Source: Chara braunii (lineage: Eukaryota; Plantae; Charophyceae). Taken from it: a stretch of 64,000 bases of DNA. The position numbers and the translations under genes are program-made. The notes beneath the pieces were generated by a model. The model ran no database searches and was not told where the DNA came from. It saw nothing but the letters and a program-made list of their open reading frames with translations. This document shows, one piece after another, positions 13,222-26,341 of this stretch (position 1 is its first letter; each line of letters opens with the position of its first letter). The stretch covers positions 11,738,966 to 11,802,965 of the forward strand of contig BFEA01000001.1 of NCBI GenBank assembly GCA_003427395.1, read 5' to 3'.

Positions 13222-13880
13222 ATGTAGCACCAATTTGTATCACCGGTTTGTTGGACGTAGCACGTTGCACCAATTCATTAGCACCTAGCATGTAAGCACG
13301 TTGCATGAACCACGTAGCCCGTAGCTCCAAGCACGAAGCACGTAGCACAAAAGCACGAAGCACGTAGCGCCAAAGCACGAAGCACGTAGCACCGAGAGAG
13401 AAAAAGAGAGGAGTTGCAACAATTCGAAGCACGTAGCTCGTGAAAAGCACGAGCGCCAAAGCACTTAGCACCGAGAAAGAAAGAGAGGATGTGCACCAAT
13501 TTCTAGCACGTAGCTGTAGAACCTTGCACACGTAGCACGTAGCTCCACACACGAAGCAGGAAGCACAAAGCACAAAGCACGAAGCACCAAAGCATGTAGC
13601 ACCAAAGCACGAAGCACGTAGCTCCAAGCACAGAGCACGTAGCTCTAGCGAAGCACGTAGCACCAAAGCCCGACGCACATAACACCAAAGCCCGAAGCAC
13701 ATAACACCAAAGCCCGAAGCACGTAGCACCGGTTCAGGTAGCACAGAGAGAGAGAGAGGGAGAGGGAGAGAGAGAGGGGGGGAGAGGGAGAGAGAGAGGG
13801 GGAGAGGGAGAGAGAGAGGGGGGGAGAGGGATAGAGAGAGTAGCATCAAAGCTCGAAGCACGTAGCACCGAGAGAGAAGA
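12815..13880. repeat. Degenerate AGCACGT/AGCACGA heptamer-based array
   Basis: Dozens of AGCACGTAGC / AAGCACG motifs interspersed with AG tracts. Confidence 0.8.
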
Positions 13881-14420
13881 GAGAGACAGAGAGAGAGAGA
13901 GGTAGCGGCAGGTAGGTCACGTAGGGTAGGCCGCGTAGGGTAGGTCACGCAGGGCAGGTGCATCCGGTAGTGCAGGTAGGTCGCGTAGGGGGGGTACATC
14001 CGGTAGTGCAGGTCGGCCATGTACGATAGGACGCATAGGTCCTATAGGGCAGGTGCATTCAGTAGCCCAGGTACATCGCGTAGAGCAGGTAAGTCCGGTA
14101 GTGCAGGGAGGTCGCATAGGGTCGCTATACACAATCGATCAGATATCCGGATTCCAACTCCGGTCTGCATTTGAACAGTTTGCAGTTGTACCGGTTCAGG
14201 TGGCCGCTGGATCTCAGGTCTGTGTTTGAAGTTTGAACAGTTCGCGGGTGTACCGGTTTAGGTGGCCTCTGGAACGAAGCGGCGTCTGCAGCAGGCGGGA
14301 AAAAAGAAAAAAAAAAGAAAAAGAAACAAAAAAGAACAATGAAACAAAAACTGACGACTCTGGACCGCCCACAAAAACTGACGACATGGCGCTCATGTGG
14401 GGTGTGGCCGAAAGTTGAAG

Positions 14421-14835
14421 CATGGTTGTTAACCGGACGTCCGGATCGGGATCCAGACGGTCCTTTCTGGATGTCCGGATCCAGTGTCAGGTTTGGGGGG
14501 TCCGGTTGGGCCCCAGGCACAGTTTCTGGTGGACCGTTGGGCCAACCGGACCGGTCCTGCAGGGCCTGAACTTGCAATCTTGGGTGAGCTTCAGCGGGCC
14601 AAGGAGAACTGGTTGTTGGAACCCGCCGACGAGCAGTGTGTGTCTGTTTTTCTTTTTTTTTTTTGCGGAGATCCGGACCTGTTCATTCATAACCGGCCCG
14701 TCCCGGTCCGTATGTCCGGTTGTCCGGATCGGTGTCCGGATTACCGGACGTCCGGATTAATCACGAGTCAAGACGCGGGTCCAGGCCCGGTGTCCGGTGT
14801 CTGGTGTCTGGATGTCCGGGTCCGGGGCAACCATG
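14421..14835. mobile_element. Non-autonomous TIR element, hAT-like, rich in CCGG/TCCGG subterminal motifs
   Basis: CATGGTTG..CCGGAC start and GTCCGG..CAACCATG end; dense GTCCGG repeats; no clear 8-bp TSD. Confidence 0.45.
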
Positions 14836-15549
14836 GAAAAGAGTCAAGTGTTTAAACTTAAAATTTAAAGTTTAAACCAGAAAATAGAAAAAAAGAGAGC
14901 TCCATGCTGAGTCGTTGTTGACAATACGCTCAAGTTTGCGCACTTGGGCATACATTATGCAGATACTCTGAGAGTTGGGAACTGGCACCCAGAGGTGCCA
15001 TCTATCTTTGCCGTAAGTAAGAAATTAGAATGAATCTGGCCAGTTTTGGATCCAAGTTCATATTTTCCTAGAATGAGCCTGACCGGTTTTGGATCCAGGA
15101 TAATATTTTGAATTATTTTCCTTACATGGTTTCCCCAGGACGACGATAGCACCAGCAGGCCCTGGGCCTTCATCTGAAGTGGGCTGTGAGGGCACTATCA
15201 TCTTCCCCCAAGGACAATACGTGGACCCTCATCCTGGCCGTATCCAACCGGAAAGAGCTTTTATACATTCATTATGATGGTACTGTTACGGGGGAAGACA
15301 GTAGTCGAGCACAAAACTTGCCTACCTACGCAAGGTTTGTGAGAGTCCAAAACAGTAACAATCAAGAGGAACCAGGCCATCAGCAAAACCAATGAGAGCC
15401 TTCTGCTTCTGTGCTTGGCGAGATAGTACTGTAGTAGAGAAGCAAAAGCTCAAAGGAAGAGTGGCCCTCTACCAACCAAGACAGCATTAGTTAGAACTTA
15501 GAATGCACAGTCAAGAAAATGGACAAGATAACATCGAAGCATTTCCTAC

Positions 15550-15744
15550 CTCCGATGGATTGGAGCGCCTGAATCCAAAGACCATCCCTCCAATAGTTGC
15601 AGCATACACATGAGAATTCTCAGGGTTGATGGTGAGCCACACAAGTCGGTCTTCCTTATCAGAACGTCCATGGTTATCACATTGAGAAGATGCCAACAAC
15701 TGGCACCGCACCTGGGACTCTGCGATGATGAAGAGGTTCCTCAT
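15550..15744 (-). CDS. ELP1: Elongator complex protein 1 (IKI3/ELP1), coding exon 1
   Basis: Starts MRNLFIIAES, matching the typical ELP1 M(R/K)NL N-terminus; 65 codons; ends at donor GAG|GTAGG, phase 0, compatible with exon 2. Confidence 0.8.
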
Positions 15745-16230
15745 TGCTGAAACATTTAAGAGAGGATCACTGAACCTGTGGGATATAATATAACAAGGAG
15801 GCGGAGGAGGACGAGGAACAAGACGAGGAGACGGAAGAGTAGGGGAACCAAGAAAGAGAGAAAAAGGACGATAAGAAGAAGATCGGAAGAAGAAAAAAGG
15901 CAAAAGAAGAAGAAAAAGAGCGAAAGAAGAAGAAGAAAACAACAATGACAACTACAATGAAAACAAAGAAGAAAGCCAAAGAAGAAGAGCACGTAGGAGA
16001 GCAACATGAGATCAGGCAGAGAAGGAGAAGAGCCACAACAAAAGAGGCGTAACAATGGCAAGAATAACAAGAGGATAATGCAGGGGAGGAAAAGAAGAAA
16101 CCAAGAGGAGGGAAAAAGGAAAGAACCACCAAACACGATTAATAATGGGCCTTTCTCAACCTTTTGACTAAGATCAAGTGTAGAATCTGTTCTACTCAAC
16201 TTTAGAAATAACAAAAAAAAATAAAAAACG

Positions 16231-16248
16231 GTCCTTCGGGACATCCGT

Positions 16249-16280
<32 letters not shown>

Positions 16281-16330
16281 AGCCTCTGCGCAAGGATTAC
16301 ACGCATAAATCGAGAAATGGTCCAAATTGT
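16231..16330 (+). pseudogene. U6: U6 snRNA full-length copy with poly(A) tail (probable retrocopy)
   Basis: GTCCTTCGGGACATCCG...GATACAGAGAAGATTAGCA...CAAGGAT.ACACGCATAAATCGAGAAATGGTCCAAATT matches plant U6. Followed by A19; flanked by AAAAAACG direct repeats; substitutions in the internal stem-loop. Confidence 0.9.
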
Positions 16331-16571
16331 AAAAAAAAAAAAAAAAAAACGATAATGGACAGCTACATTAGGCAATTGCTCGGTTTTACTCCCCTGACAT
16401 TCAGAAACTTGAAGGAACCTGAGCTCTTTCACTGCTTGACAATATATAATTAGTAACTTTTTATGTGTAGTACTGTGTAACATTTGCATGATTGTTGAAG
16501 TGAACAACATTCCCCTTCTGCCTATGAGCAAATGGAAAAATAATAAAATATGCACCAAATTCTGGTCAGAG

Positions 16572-16815
16572 GCAACAGGAAAAAGTTGAATGTTCTCGAA
16601 AAGGTGAAGATTTCAAGATAACCCATATTTAAGATTTGTTTGAAAAACTGAGTATTCTGAAAATCCAAAATTACGCTTTGGCTTGGATTCGCAAAGCAAC
16701 AGGAAAAAGTTGAATGTTCTCGAAAAAGTGAAGATAACCCACATTTAAAAGATTTGTTTGAAAAACTGAGTATTCTGAGAATTCAAAATTACACTTTGGC
16801 TCGGATTCGCAAGCA
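16572..16815. repeat. Tandem duplication, ~125 bp x2
   Basis: GCAACAGGAAAAAGTTGAATGTTCTCGAAAA...TTTGGCT.GGATTCGCAA twice. Confidence 0.85.
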
Positions 16816-17449
16816 GTTTCGGCCATGAAATCGTGCTGTTGTATCTATGCCTTCAAACATGTTGCCAGACGAAGGAGAAGAGGAAGACGAGGAGTACGAC
16901 CAAGATGAACAAGGAAGAAGGAAGAAGGAAGAAGGAAGAAGGAAGAAGGAAAAAGAAGGATTAGGAGATGTGATTGATTTCAAGGACTGTCACTGTGAAC
17001 GGATCCCTACGATGAATTCTTTGGGCATGTAGAGGGAGCTCAGGAATGTTTTGGTGTGATCTTGTGACCTGATTTGAATTTTGTTTTCGCGTTTTGACAT
17101 GTCATTGGGGACAGGATAGAGTTAGCCGAGAAGAAGCACATGCAACGACCATCATAGATTGCACTCTCAGAAATCTGTGAAGATGTTTGATTGGGGCTTG
17201 GCCGAGTTTTATGGATTTTCGGCATGTTGCGCATGTTTTCCTTGTGCGTAATCTTCCGATCCCTTTCCTGCACCCCTGTGCTGTGGTCATGGATACCAAG
17301 TTACTACGCTTGTTGTGGCTGTGTCCTGATCTGAGTAATGGAGGTGGAACTTATATCCAAAATGATTGCTTTGAGTGACAAGAAGACTCTATTTTGCAAG
17401 AGGGTGGCTGTATTCTCATCTGAGTCACAGATAAGGTGGACATACCAAT

Positions 17450-18050
17450 TTCCCAGCAATAATGCTCTTCGCGGATGACCTCACAGTTCTTGTCAGGGCA
17501 AACAATTCCTCCTTCCAAGCCCTCATAAGAGCCATGCAGGCATTCCAGTTGGCTTCAGAAATGAAAATCAGTTGGACAAAAACCGTAGGATGGTGGATGG
17601 CAGATACAACCCCTCCACCAATAGAAGAGGAAACGCAAGGCCTCCAGTGGTTAGACCCACAGCAACCCCTTAGAGTGCTAGGGGTACAACTAGCAGCACA
17701 AGCGACAAGATGGCCACAAACCTATTAGCAAAGTCATAAGCAAACTTACAGGCTGGCAAGAAGTATATACATCGATATTTGGAAGAGCCCTAGTGCTCAA
17801 TTCCTGTGACTTCTCAATTACCTGGTATGAAGCCTGGATTTGGAACCCCCCAAAACACTTCATAAAACATATCCGCAGGAAAAGCAGCAGCCTACCTATG
17901 GATAGGAGACGCGGCCAAGGTAAACTTCATTTCCAAAGTAGCATGGAAGTACATAACTATACCGGCAGCATTAGAAGGACTGAGCCTAATAGACCCATCT
18001 AACAAATTCAAAGCCCTACGAACCAAGTGGATAATCAGACTGCTCTTCAT
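17450..18050 (+). mobile_element. LINE (L1/Tx1-like) reverse transcriptase fragment, degenerate
   Basis: LFADDL catalytic motif, AFQLASEMKISWTKT, LRVLGVQL, SIFGRALVLNS, SKVAWK..I...GLSLID..KFKALRTKWIIRL; stops and frameshifts present. Confidence 0.88.
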
Positions 18051-18066
18051 GCAACAAACTTTTGGG

Positions 18067-20139
18067 ACGCCATACATGTCTGAGCTCTATGCCTTGAGAG
18101 AGACATTGGAGCATTGGAAGCGCTACCTTTTGGGACGCCACTTCAAGGTCTTCTCAGATCATGACACCTTGGAATGGATCAAGTCTCAAACTAGCTTGTC
18201 CACAACGTCATCCTGCTGGTTGCATGAGATTGATGTCAATGACTTCGAGCTGAAACATAAGGAAGGCTGTTATATCCGAGTTGTTGACGCTTTGTGTCGC
18301 CACCCCTTGTGCGCTCCTGCAACCTCAAACAGAAATTGAAGGATGAATTTGTAGAGCACACCACCAAGGATCCAAACTACAGTCCAATCCTTCAGCAACT
18401 CAAGGCTGACCCGAGCAGTCAGCCCGATTATCGCGAGTGTGAGGGTCTGTTGTTTCGCACATATGGGAAGTGCAACAAATTGTGTGTTACAGACCATGCA
18501 CCTCTCCAAACCCAATTTTAGGATCTGGTACACGGTCGGAGCGGACCCTTCAGCTTCACCAAGACTTATGGAAGTTTATCGCAGCAATTTGAGAAGCCGC
18601 ACGTCAAGGAATATGCATGTAAGTTTGTGGACGAATGTGAAGCCTGTCAGCGGCCTAAGATCCATAGGCGACCACCTCTTGGCTTGCTGAAACCCCTACC
18701 CATCCCTTCCTGGCCTAGTGAATTGGTTTCTATCGACTTCACACTGTTCACAGACATGGGCAAGATAAGTGGGAGGGGGAATTCTCAAGTCATGGTGATC
18801 ATCAACCGCTTCTCCAAATTCCTCAATCTGATTCCTTTACCACCCCATGCGGCAACTGAACTGGTAATTCATGAGTTTGAACAGAAGTATGTTCACTTAC
18901 AGCAGCATTAGGACTTCAAAGCAATTTCCAAAACTCTACAGGATACTTTACTTGACTACCCCATGGGGCCCCTTTTCTTTTTAAAAGCAGCACGTGCTGG
19001 GAACCGGGCCTGGCGTCCCATATGAAAGTTTACATAGAATTTTGAAAATTGAGATACCGGGGCCATTACCTGGCTTTGGCTCAGAAAAAAATCGGAGCTG
19101 CTTAGGAAACGACTACGGTTCCCAGAAAACTGTTGTGAGTGATTAGGACACCCGTTTTATCACTTCAGATTGGAAGGACTTGACGACTCAACTCGACGGG
19201 ATTGAACTAAGTATGACATCTGGTCATCATCCAGAAGCCAATGGACAGGCTGAAGAGATCAACCAGATTGTTGTCACCCAACTCCATGCCTTAATCATTC
19301 CTGATCCGAATACATGGGATGAAGAGTTGGATGCTGTGAAGGGGTTGTATAACAACTACATTCATTCCGCCACCGGTATGCCGCCGAATAAGTTGCAGTA
19401 CTGATGGCAAATCCACAACCCTCTTTCTTTCTTGACTCGTAACCGATCGCCTGGTCTGACTCCCGGCATGCCTGGTTATGGGGCAAAGTACCAGCGCCTG
19501 CTCAAGGCTGCTATCGCGGCAATGAAAAAGCGTCGGGATGCCATGATCAAGTCCGACAATCGGCCATCATGCAAACATGCGACCTTTAAACCAGGAGATT
19601 ACATTTTGGGTGAAGATTTCTGAGTTTTTGGATGAGGAAGGAGTGTCCCGTAAAATACGGCCCTTGGGAAATTCTGAAAGTCGTGCGAGAGGATGATTTC
19701 AGTCCTTCGTATGTGATTGACGTGCAATCTCATCTGAGCACGTACCTAGTCTTTCATGCTTCTAAACTCTATCTGTACACTGCTGCTATTTCCCTCACTG
19801 ATCCCGATCGTGTAATTCCTCATGATCTTGATGGCGGTCACAAAATTGATAGAATTGTCGAACACAAAAGCATAGTAAAGGACAGTACAAGGTTCATTTT
19901 TGGTATCATCCGTTAGAAGAACTGCATTGGATATCTCGCAAAGTTATACTCAAGACTGTACCCCGTGCAGTTAATGCATATGCACGTCATACTGCTTTTG
20001 ATCAAACACCAACATTCACTGATAGTCGCACTGTTTATGAACACACAGCAGCACTCTTTGCATTCATAGCCTACAATGCATTTTGTGGGGACTCTGATCA
20101 GTCTAGTCACTCGAAGGGACCTCACTCTTGAGGGGGGGG
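18067..20139 (+). mobile_element. Ty3/gypsy (chromovirus-like) pol remnant: RNase H, integrase, chromodomain-like tail, polypurine tract
   Basis: ELYALRETLEHWKRYLLGRHFKVFSDH; CEACQ..GLLKPLPIP..P.ELVSIDF; TSGHHPEANGQAE; YGPWEIL; VFHASKL; KIDRIVEHK; PPT GAGGGGGGGG at about 20130-20139; many stops. Confidence 0.92.
18903..19113. mobile_element. About 210-bp secondary insertion interrupting the gypsy integrase
   Basis: Integrase reading YVHLQ | YGSQKTVVSD*DTRF is split here. Core CACGTGCTGGGAACCGGGCC (18991) recurs at 25075. Confidence 0.6.
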
Positions 20140-21490
20140 TAATCTAATAACTTGCAAAATCACAAACTGAAAGACCTGCTGTTTTCTGCCCACTTGACAG
20201 AGTGACTTACTGAGATGCACGTATTCTGCTGAGATTTCTAAGTACTTGTGTGTGCATGATCGTTGAGTTTCCATGTGTTTGCCTGACTACATGATAGCTT
20301 GGGGGTGTGTGTGACCCACCAGGGTACTTGTGTGCTGGGAAGGCCTTCGAGCCTGGTACTTACCTGTGGTCGTGCTTTTGTGAGGACACATCGGGAAGTA
20401 GAAGTACACTAGGCCCACGTAGGATGGAAAAGCACCGCCTGAAGAGGCAGTACACCGGTATATCTAGGGAGACAGTGAAGAGCTCTTCCTCATTTGCTCA
20501 TGTGCAATTTGGAGGCACGCTGCTGTAGCGACTGCCCAAGTGGAGGAGCACTCGGTGTAGGAACAAGGTGACGCTGGCTATGGTGGAAGAGACCAAGAGG
20601 GAAGGAGGAGGAGGAAGATGGTGATCAAGGAGGGGAGTGACAAGGGAGCTTACCTGGCTATGGTGGTCTGCATCCTCAACTTCTTGGTTGGCGCTGCACC
20701 TGGAAGGCCCCAGTTGGGGTTGGGACCTACACGGAAGGCTTCAGGGGTGATGCTATACTTCGCGGCCATAGTAGGAGGGACACATTAGCTTTGCATTGTC
20801 CTTCGAACATCAGAGCTTCACTCCAATATTCAGCCATAGCCACCTGCTCGACCAAGTAGGAGGAAGGTGTGTGGATGGCTATGGTGGACGCTTTAAGTGG
20901 CTAGCAGTACGCGGAGGATTCGGACATTGGTTCTGGTCCATTCTTATTATTATTACTGTTGTTTAGAAGAAAGTTGAGGGAAGTAACTGGAGGTTGAAGA
21001 CGGTGGCGAGATGAAGGGGAATTGACATTGGTCTTTGCTGGTGTTCATCTTCTTCTTCGTCTTCCGCTCTTGTTTCTTCTTCTTCCTTTATCCAATTCTC
21101 TTTCCAAGTTCTCTCATGTCATTTGCAATTGAACAGCTGAAAGGATGTCTCAAAGGACACTGTAAGCCACTTCACTCCTTCCAGCTTTCTATTTTGTGAC
21201 CTCGATACTCTTTGAGTTTCCAAGTTTCAATCCATTGATGCTTCGTTTCTCCCCGGATTCGTACTGTTGACCTTCTACACTCAGCTAGCCTTGACTTCCA
21301 TTGCACATGGGGTGTGTATTGCAATGAATTTACATTTTAGTATTTTACTTCCTTTTTGTGCGAATTTTGCAGCGACCATCAGCCAGAAGTTTTTTATATT
21401 CCAATTCTCCACAACATTACTCTTTTCCAGATTTTTTCCAGAAAGCCCCTAAAATTCTCAAAAAAAATGATTTTGTGCACCCTAAGAACA

Positions 21491-21584
21491 GGACACCCAT
21501 TAAAATTGGAACGCGGCAGAGAAGATTAGCATGGACCCTGCACAAGGATGACACACCTTAATCGAGAAATGGTCCACATTATTT
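21491..21584 (+). pseudogene. U6: Diverged U6 snRNA copy
   Basis: GGACACCCATTAAAATTGGAACG...CAGAGAAGATTAGCATGGACCCTGCACAAGGATGACAC...ATCGAGAAATGGTCCA; ACAGAGA box altered; A-rich tail. Confidence 0.85.
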
Positions 21585-21690
21585 AAAAAACTTTAAAAAA
21601 GGAGCAGGTTGTCTGCCTGGCTGTTTGGACACAATGTCCATACCTGAGCTCGGCCATGTCAGGGCGTGACAAACGTCTGCCCCTGTTAAC

Positions 21691-21799
21691 TACCGTCTTC
21701 ACCAGAATAGAACGCCCAGTCATTATAGCTGTATCTGGAGTGAAAATTGCGCCAAATACGGCTATAATGACCGGGCGTTCTATTCGGGTGAAGACGGTA
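21691..21799. mobile_element. Hairpin MITE, Tc1/mariner (Tc2/pogo-like termini), TA TSD
   Basis: TA-CCGTCTTCACC...GGTGAAGACGG-TA; near-perfect palindrome over the whole length. Confidence 0.8.
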
Positions 21800-21894
21800 G
21801 CCCTACATCTTGAACCCAGAGCCGAAAACCTTAACCAACGAACCCTGAGCCAATAAACCGCAAGTACACCACCCAGGCAAACTTTAAGAGTCCC

Positions 21895-22072
21895 AAATGA
21901 CTCGCTCCTAAAAGTTCGGAGACTCGCCCAACGGAGGGCCTGGGGCCGAGCGGAATGTTTTTTGTCCAACGCGTCAGGGTTGGCAATGGTGCTGCGTGGA
22001 ACAAAAATGATATTCCGCCTAGAAGAGGCCCGACCTGGGGCGAGTCCCCTAACTCTTAGGAGTGAGTCATTT
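21895..22072. mobile_element. Small inverted-repeat element (MITE-like)
   Basis: AAATGACTCGCTCCTAAAAGTT.G.GACTCGCCC pairs with GGGCGAGTCCCCTAACTCTTAGGAGTGAGTCATTT. Confidence 0.6.
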
Positions 22073-23389
22073 TAGTATGGAAAAAAGAGGCTCAGATGTA
22101 CTTGTGGTTCACGGGTCTGGCTCGCCCCCGGGCCACCCCAGCGCATTTCAGTGGGGAGGGATGACCAAGCCGCAAACGGCTCCCGCTGCCTCCCAGAGGC
22201 CACCACCAAAAAGAGAAGAAAAAAGGGGGGCCAGTAGGCCCCTGTTCCCCCCCCAAAGAAAAGCGGCTGATTGTAACCAGCGATCTTGCACGATCGGCGG
22301 CCAAGATCGGCTGCAATTTGAATCGATGGTTGGGCGTGAGTTTGTTTGAGCTCCCACGCCTTTGAAATCCCGTGCCACCCCGCTGCCCACCCTGCATCTT
22401 TGAAATCACACCCTGCAAACAAGTCGGGCCACTGCCCACCCCGCATCGCCATACTGCGCCCTCGCATCGAGAGGCCATCCCAGCGCGGCGCAGGGAGGAT
22501 CTAGTGTGGCACGTGCGCGCAAAAGGGAGAGAGGGAGAGCGAGTCTGCTCCATCCCCCCGTCTTCTTCGTCTTTGCCCGCCGCCCTCCTCCCTCCCCCTT
22601 CTTCTTCTTCTTCTTCTTCTTCTTCTTCTTCTTGTTGCTCCTCTCCTCTTCTCCTTCTTGCTCTTCTTCTTCTTCCTTGTCTCCTCGCTCCTGGCCGGTT
22701 TGTTTTTTTTGGTCATTCGGCATGACTCTTTGACACCAACTTGACCTCTGCCCATCGCCGATCAACCTTCCAACTCCCCCCTTGCCCTCCCCTTCCCCCC
22801 CCTCTTCTTCTCTTCTTCTTCTTCTTCTTTTCCTCCTCCTCCTCCTCCTCTTCCTCTTTCTCTCCTCCTCCCTCCCTATCGTTTTTTTTTTTTCTGATTC
22901 GGCACGACTCTTTGCTGCCAACTCAACCCCCTCCCATCACCAATCGATCTCCCAACTGCCCCATCGCCCTCCTCCCCTCGCCCTCTTCTTCTTCTTCTTC
23001 CTCCTCCTCCTCCTCCTCCTCCCCTCCTCCTCCCATCGCCGATCAACCTCCCAACTCCCTCATCGCCCTCCCCCCTCCGCACCCTCTTCTTCTTCTTCTT
23101 CCCATCCATCCCTCACAGCTCCTCATCCACGCCCCCAAGCACCCTCCCCCACCTCGTGGAAAGCCCCCACAAAAAAACGGCTGCAATTTTTAATGCAGAA
23201 TCCGAAAGCTCTTGGAGAGTGCAGTCGGATCCCGCATCCGAAAAAAGCAAAAAAATATTGGGCTCAACCAGTTTTCCACTTGAACCCCTGAACCAGACTG
23301 GGCCCGGTTGGACCTACCCAGTACAATCGATAAGTTGCCGGCCCAGCCCTGGTTCATACATAATGGTGATTAACAAATATCCCTCACAC

Positions 23390-23572
23390 TGAAAACCCTA
23401 ATCCCCTCAACCAAAAGCCATTAAGCTTGAATCCCTAAACTCTATCCGCTGGAAACCCTAAACCCCCAAGGGCCTAAACCCTAACCCTATACCCTGAAAA
23501 CCCTGCACCTCATACACTAAAACCTAAACCCTGAACTCTGAGTAGGCCCCAAACTCCGAACCCTACACCCTG
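23390..23572 (+). repeat. Degenerate interstitial telomere-like repeats (CCCTAAA)
   Basis: About 10 AAACCCT(A/G) variants in 180 bp. Confidence 0.6.
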
Positions 23573-26194
23573 ATGCATGTGAAAAAAAAAAAAAAAAAAA
23601 AGGATTGTATACTTCAGTTGGAACCCTTATAACCCAACCCGCAGACACATGCAGGAGAATAAGACTAGGGTTGACGGAGACCCAAAAAGGGGTGGTCGGG
23701 TTTCACATGCTCGCACCTTCTCCCTGCACTATAGTGCATTCACCCTCTGCCATAAATAATATCCAATAGGAGGGCAGAGGAAGTTGTAAACATGTGAGGA
23801 AAGAGGCTGATTTGAGTGGGGGGTCTTGGAGTGGTATGTAATTCACACTCCTTAGTCTCAACTCTCCCTCTCGATGTACATCTACGCATGCGCCTCTGGT
23901 TCCTCTACTTCATTCCAAACCTTCCCATTGACATGCATTTATAGGAGAGAAGAAGGCGAGTGGCAGATCCCAAATAAGGTGGGTTGGGGGAGGGGGGTGA
24001 GGGTGTGTTTGCATCCACCCTTTCCCTTCTCCTCGCCCCCTTAAAAAAGCATCAAGGGGAGAACAGGTCAGAAGAGGTGGAAGGGAGGAAGAATCTGAGA
24101 GGTGGCATAAGAAGAGGTAGGATGAAGGAAGAGTGGGTGGGTGGCAATTGGGATGGTGTGCAGTTCATTCACCTCTCCTTCCTCTGTTTTGACCCCTCTT
24201 GCGGGGGGTCAAGTGATCTGCCTCCTCCTCAGATGCATATATGGGAGAAGATAGGGGATGATGACAGATCTTACATGTATATGCACATGCTCTCTGTCTC
24301 CTCTGTAACTCCCACCCCACCCACCTGGCACCCTTGCTTAACCCCGACTTCCTCCTGACATGCATCTATGGGAGAAGATTGGGGGCAACGACAGATTTTA
24401 CGTGTATACGCACATGCTCTCTGCCTCCTCCCCGCCCAGCCCCCTCCCGTCACCCTTGATTAACCCCCATCTCATCAAGGGGAGAAGAGGGAAAAGGAGC
24501 CTCAAAGATTTGAGGAGGAATAGTGAAGAACGTGGGGGGGAGATAGGATCTGGGCTGTAAGCATGAGATGAAATGTGCACACTTCTCCCCCCACCAAGTT
24601 GCAAATCCGTCCATCAATTAGGTACTCAACCCCTACCCTGATACCCATTCGTCCCCTGACCCTACTCCCCCTTGAAAGGCATCAAGGGGGCCAGAATGGG
24701 TCAGCCAGTACTCTGAAACATCAGAAAGGACTTTTTTTAAGACCAATCTTTCAGCTGCCTAGGAATCTAGGTATGCCATCAATATGCTAGATGGAGGCAT
24801 AAATCTTGGATAGAGAGAAGGATGAGAGTTTGCCTCATGGATTTGTTGGAGAGCTGAATCTTTAATCAAACGTCAGGGTGATTGATCCCAAAGCCAAGCC
24901 CATGGATTTGCTGCCAGCTCCTTATTATGCAATTGGGGCATTTCATGACGATCTAACAGCATACAGATAATTTTTCCTTCTTTCCAGAGTTTTGCTGGCA
25001 TGGTCAAAAGAATCAAAATGATACGAAGTCTTTTTTTTTTATATATATTGCACCAATCTATTCGTGGGGAGCATCACGTGCTGGGAACCGGGCCCAGCAT
25101 CCCTTATAATGGGAAGACATTGATGATTGACAATTGATGAAAATTTGGGATGATTGAGGATCATTTTGGATGATTTAGGATGTCAGAGTGGGTGATTGAG
25201 GTCATGAAATAGAGCTAGATGATGACTNNTCAGAAAGATTGTCTACTCAGCACTGAATTACTATCCTATCCCTAATTTCCTGTATCCATTCCAAACAACC
25301 AATCACAATTGAGCCCGTGCTGTGCACCAATCAGGCCTCTTCTCGGTCCCACACCCCAATGTGGCTCGGTTACAGGGCAGCGCTACCCACCCCAGCTCCG
25401 ACCATCGTCGGCCAGATTGTAGCCATTAGTCAAGTTTGCAGATTGCCTTCCTCCCCCGGCAATTCCAGACCTCTATACAAAGCCTCAAGCTCCTACGCAA
25501 GCAGGTTACAGGGCACTGCCCCAGCGCCGGCTAGCGTCGTTCTGGCGCCAACTCAACCTGGCCATTACACAAGAAGACTCAATTAGGAAATTAGCTAATC
25601 CAGAATGCCAACCAGACATCAAGGATCTGATAATATCAGAATCCTGATCAGCAAAACTTTCTGATGACGAAATTTGACGAGTACCCTGAGATGATCACAA
25701 AGATGATGGATAATGATGACGACGCTGATGATTATTTCTTCTCTCCACTCCTCCCCTTCCATGTATTCTCCTCCTCTCCCCTCATTTCCTCTTCTCCTCT
25801 CGCTGCGTCCGCTGAGCCCAACACCGCTATCAGCATGAAGTTCCTATCAGCCCCAACGAGAGAGAGAACCTCCCCATTCCCTTCTACCTTGAGGTAACCA
25901 GTTCCCCCAAAAGGTGTACCTCAAAACTAACACTCTGACCTAGTCTGCCTCCGCCAGGAGATAATGTGCCCCCATACATATCTCCCAGCCCCAGCCCAGG
26001 TCAGCTCCCATCATCTGCGTCTACTCCCTGGAGAGCAATCACCTCCCACCTTGTGTTACCCCTGCGGAGTAGCGCTCCCTTCCTGACCAACCTACCTACC
26101 AACTAGACCATAGCCTATCTGGGAGATGAGAATATAACCACCAACACAGAGATAACTACTGATTGATGAAAAAATGAATAAAGAAACCGTGATG

Positions 26195-26225
<31 letters not shown>

Positions 26226-26293
26226 GGAGGAGGAGGAGGAGGAGGAGGATGATGATGATGATAAAGATTCAGATTGGTAGATGATGATGAATC

Positions 26294-26341
<48 letters not shown>

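Noticed and set aside
21975-23351. hAT element bounded by CAGGG.TGG / CCAGCCCTG
   Set aside because: No 8-bp TSD, and the left motif lies inside another hairpin element.
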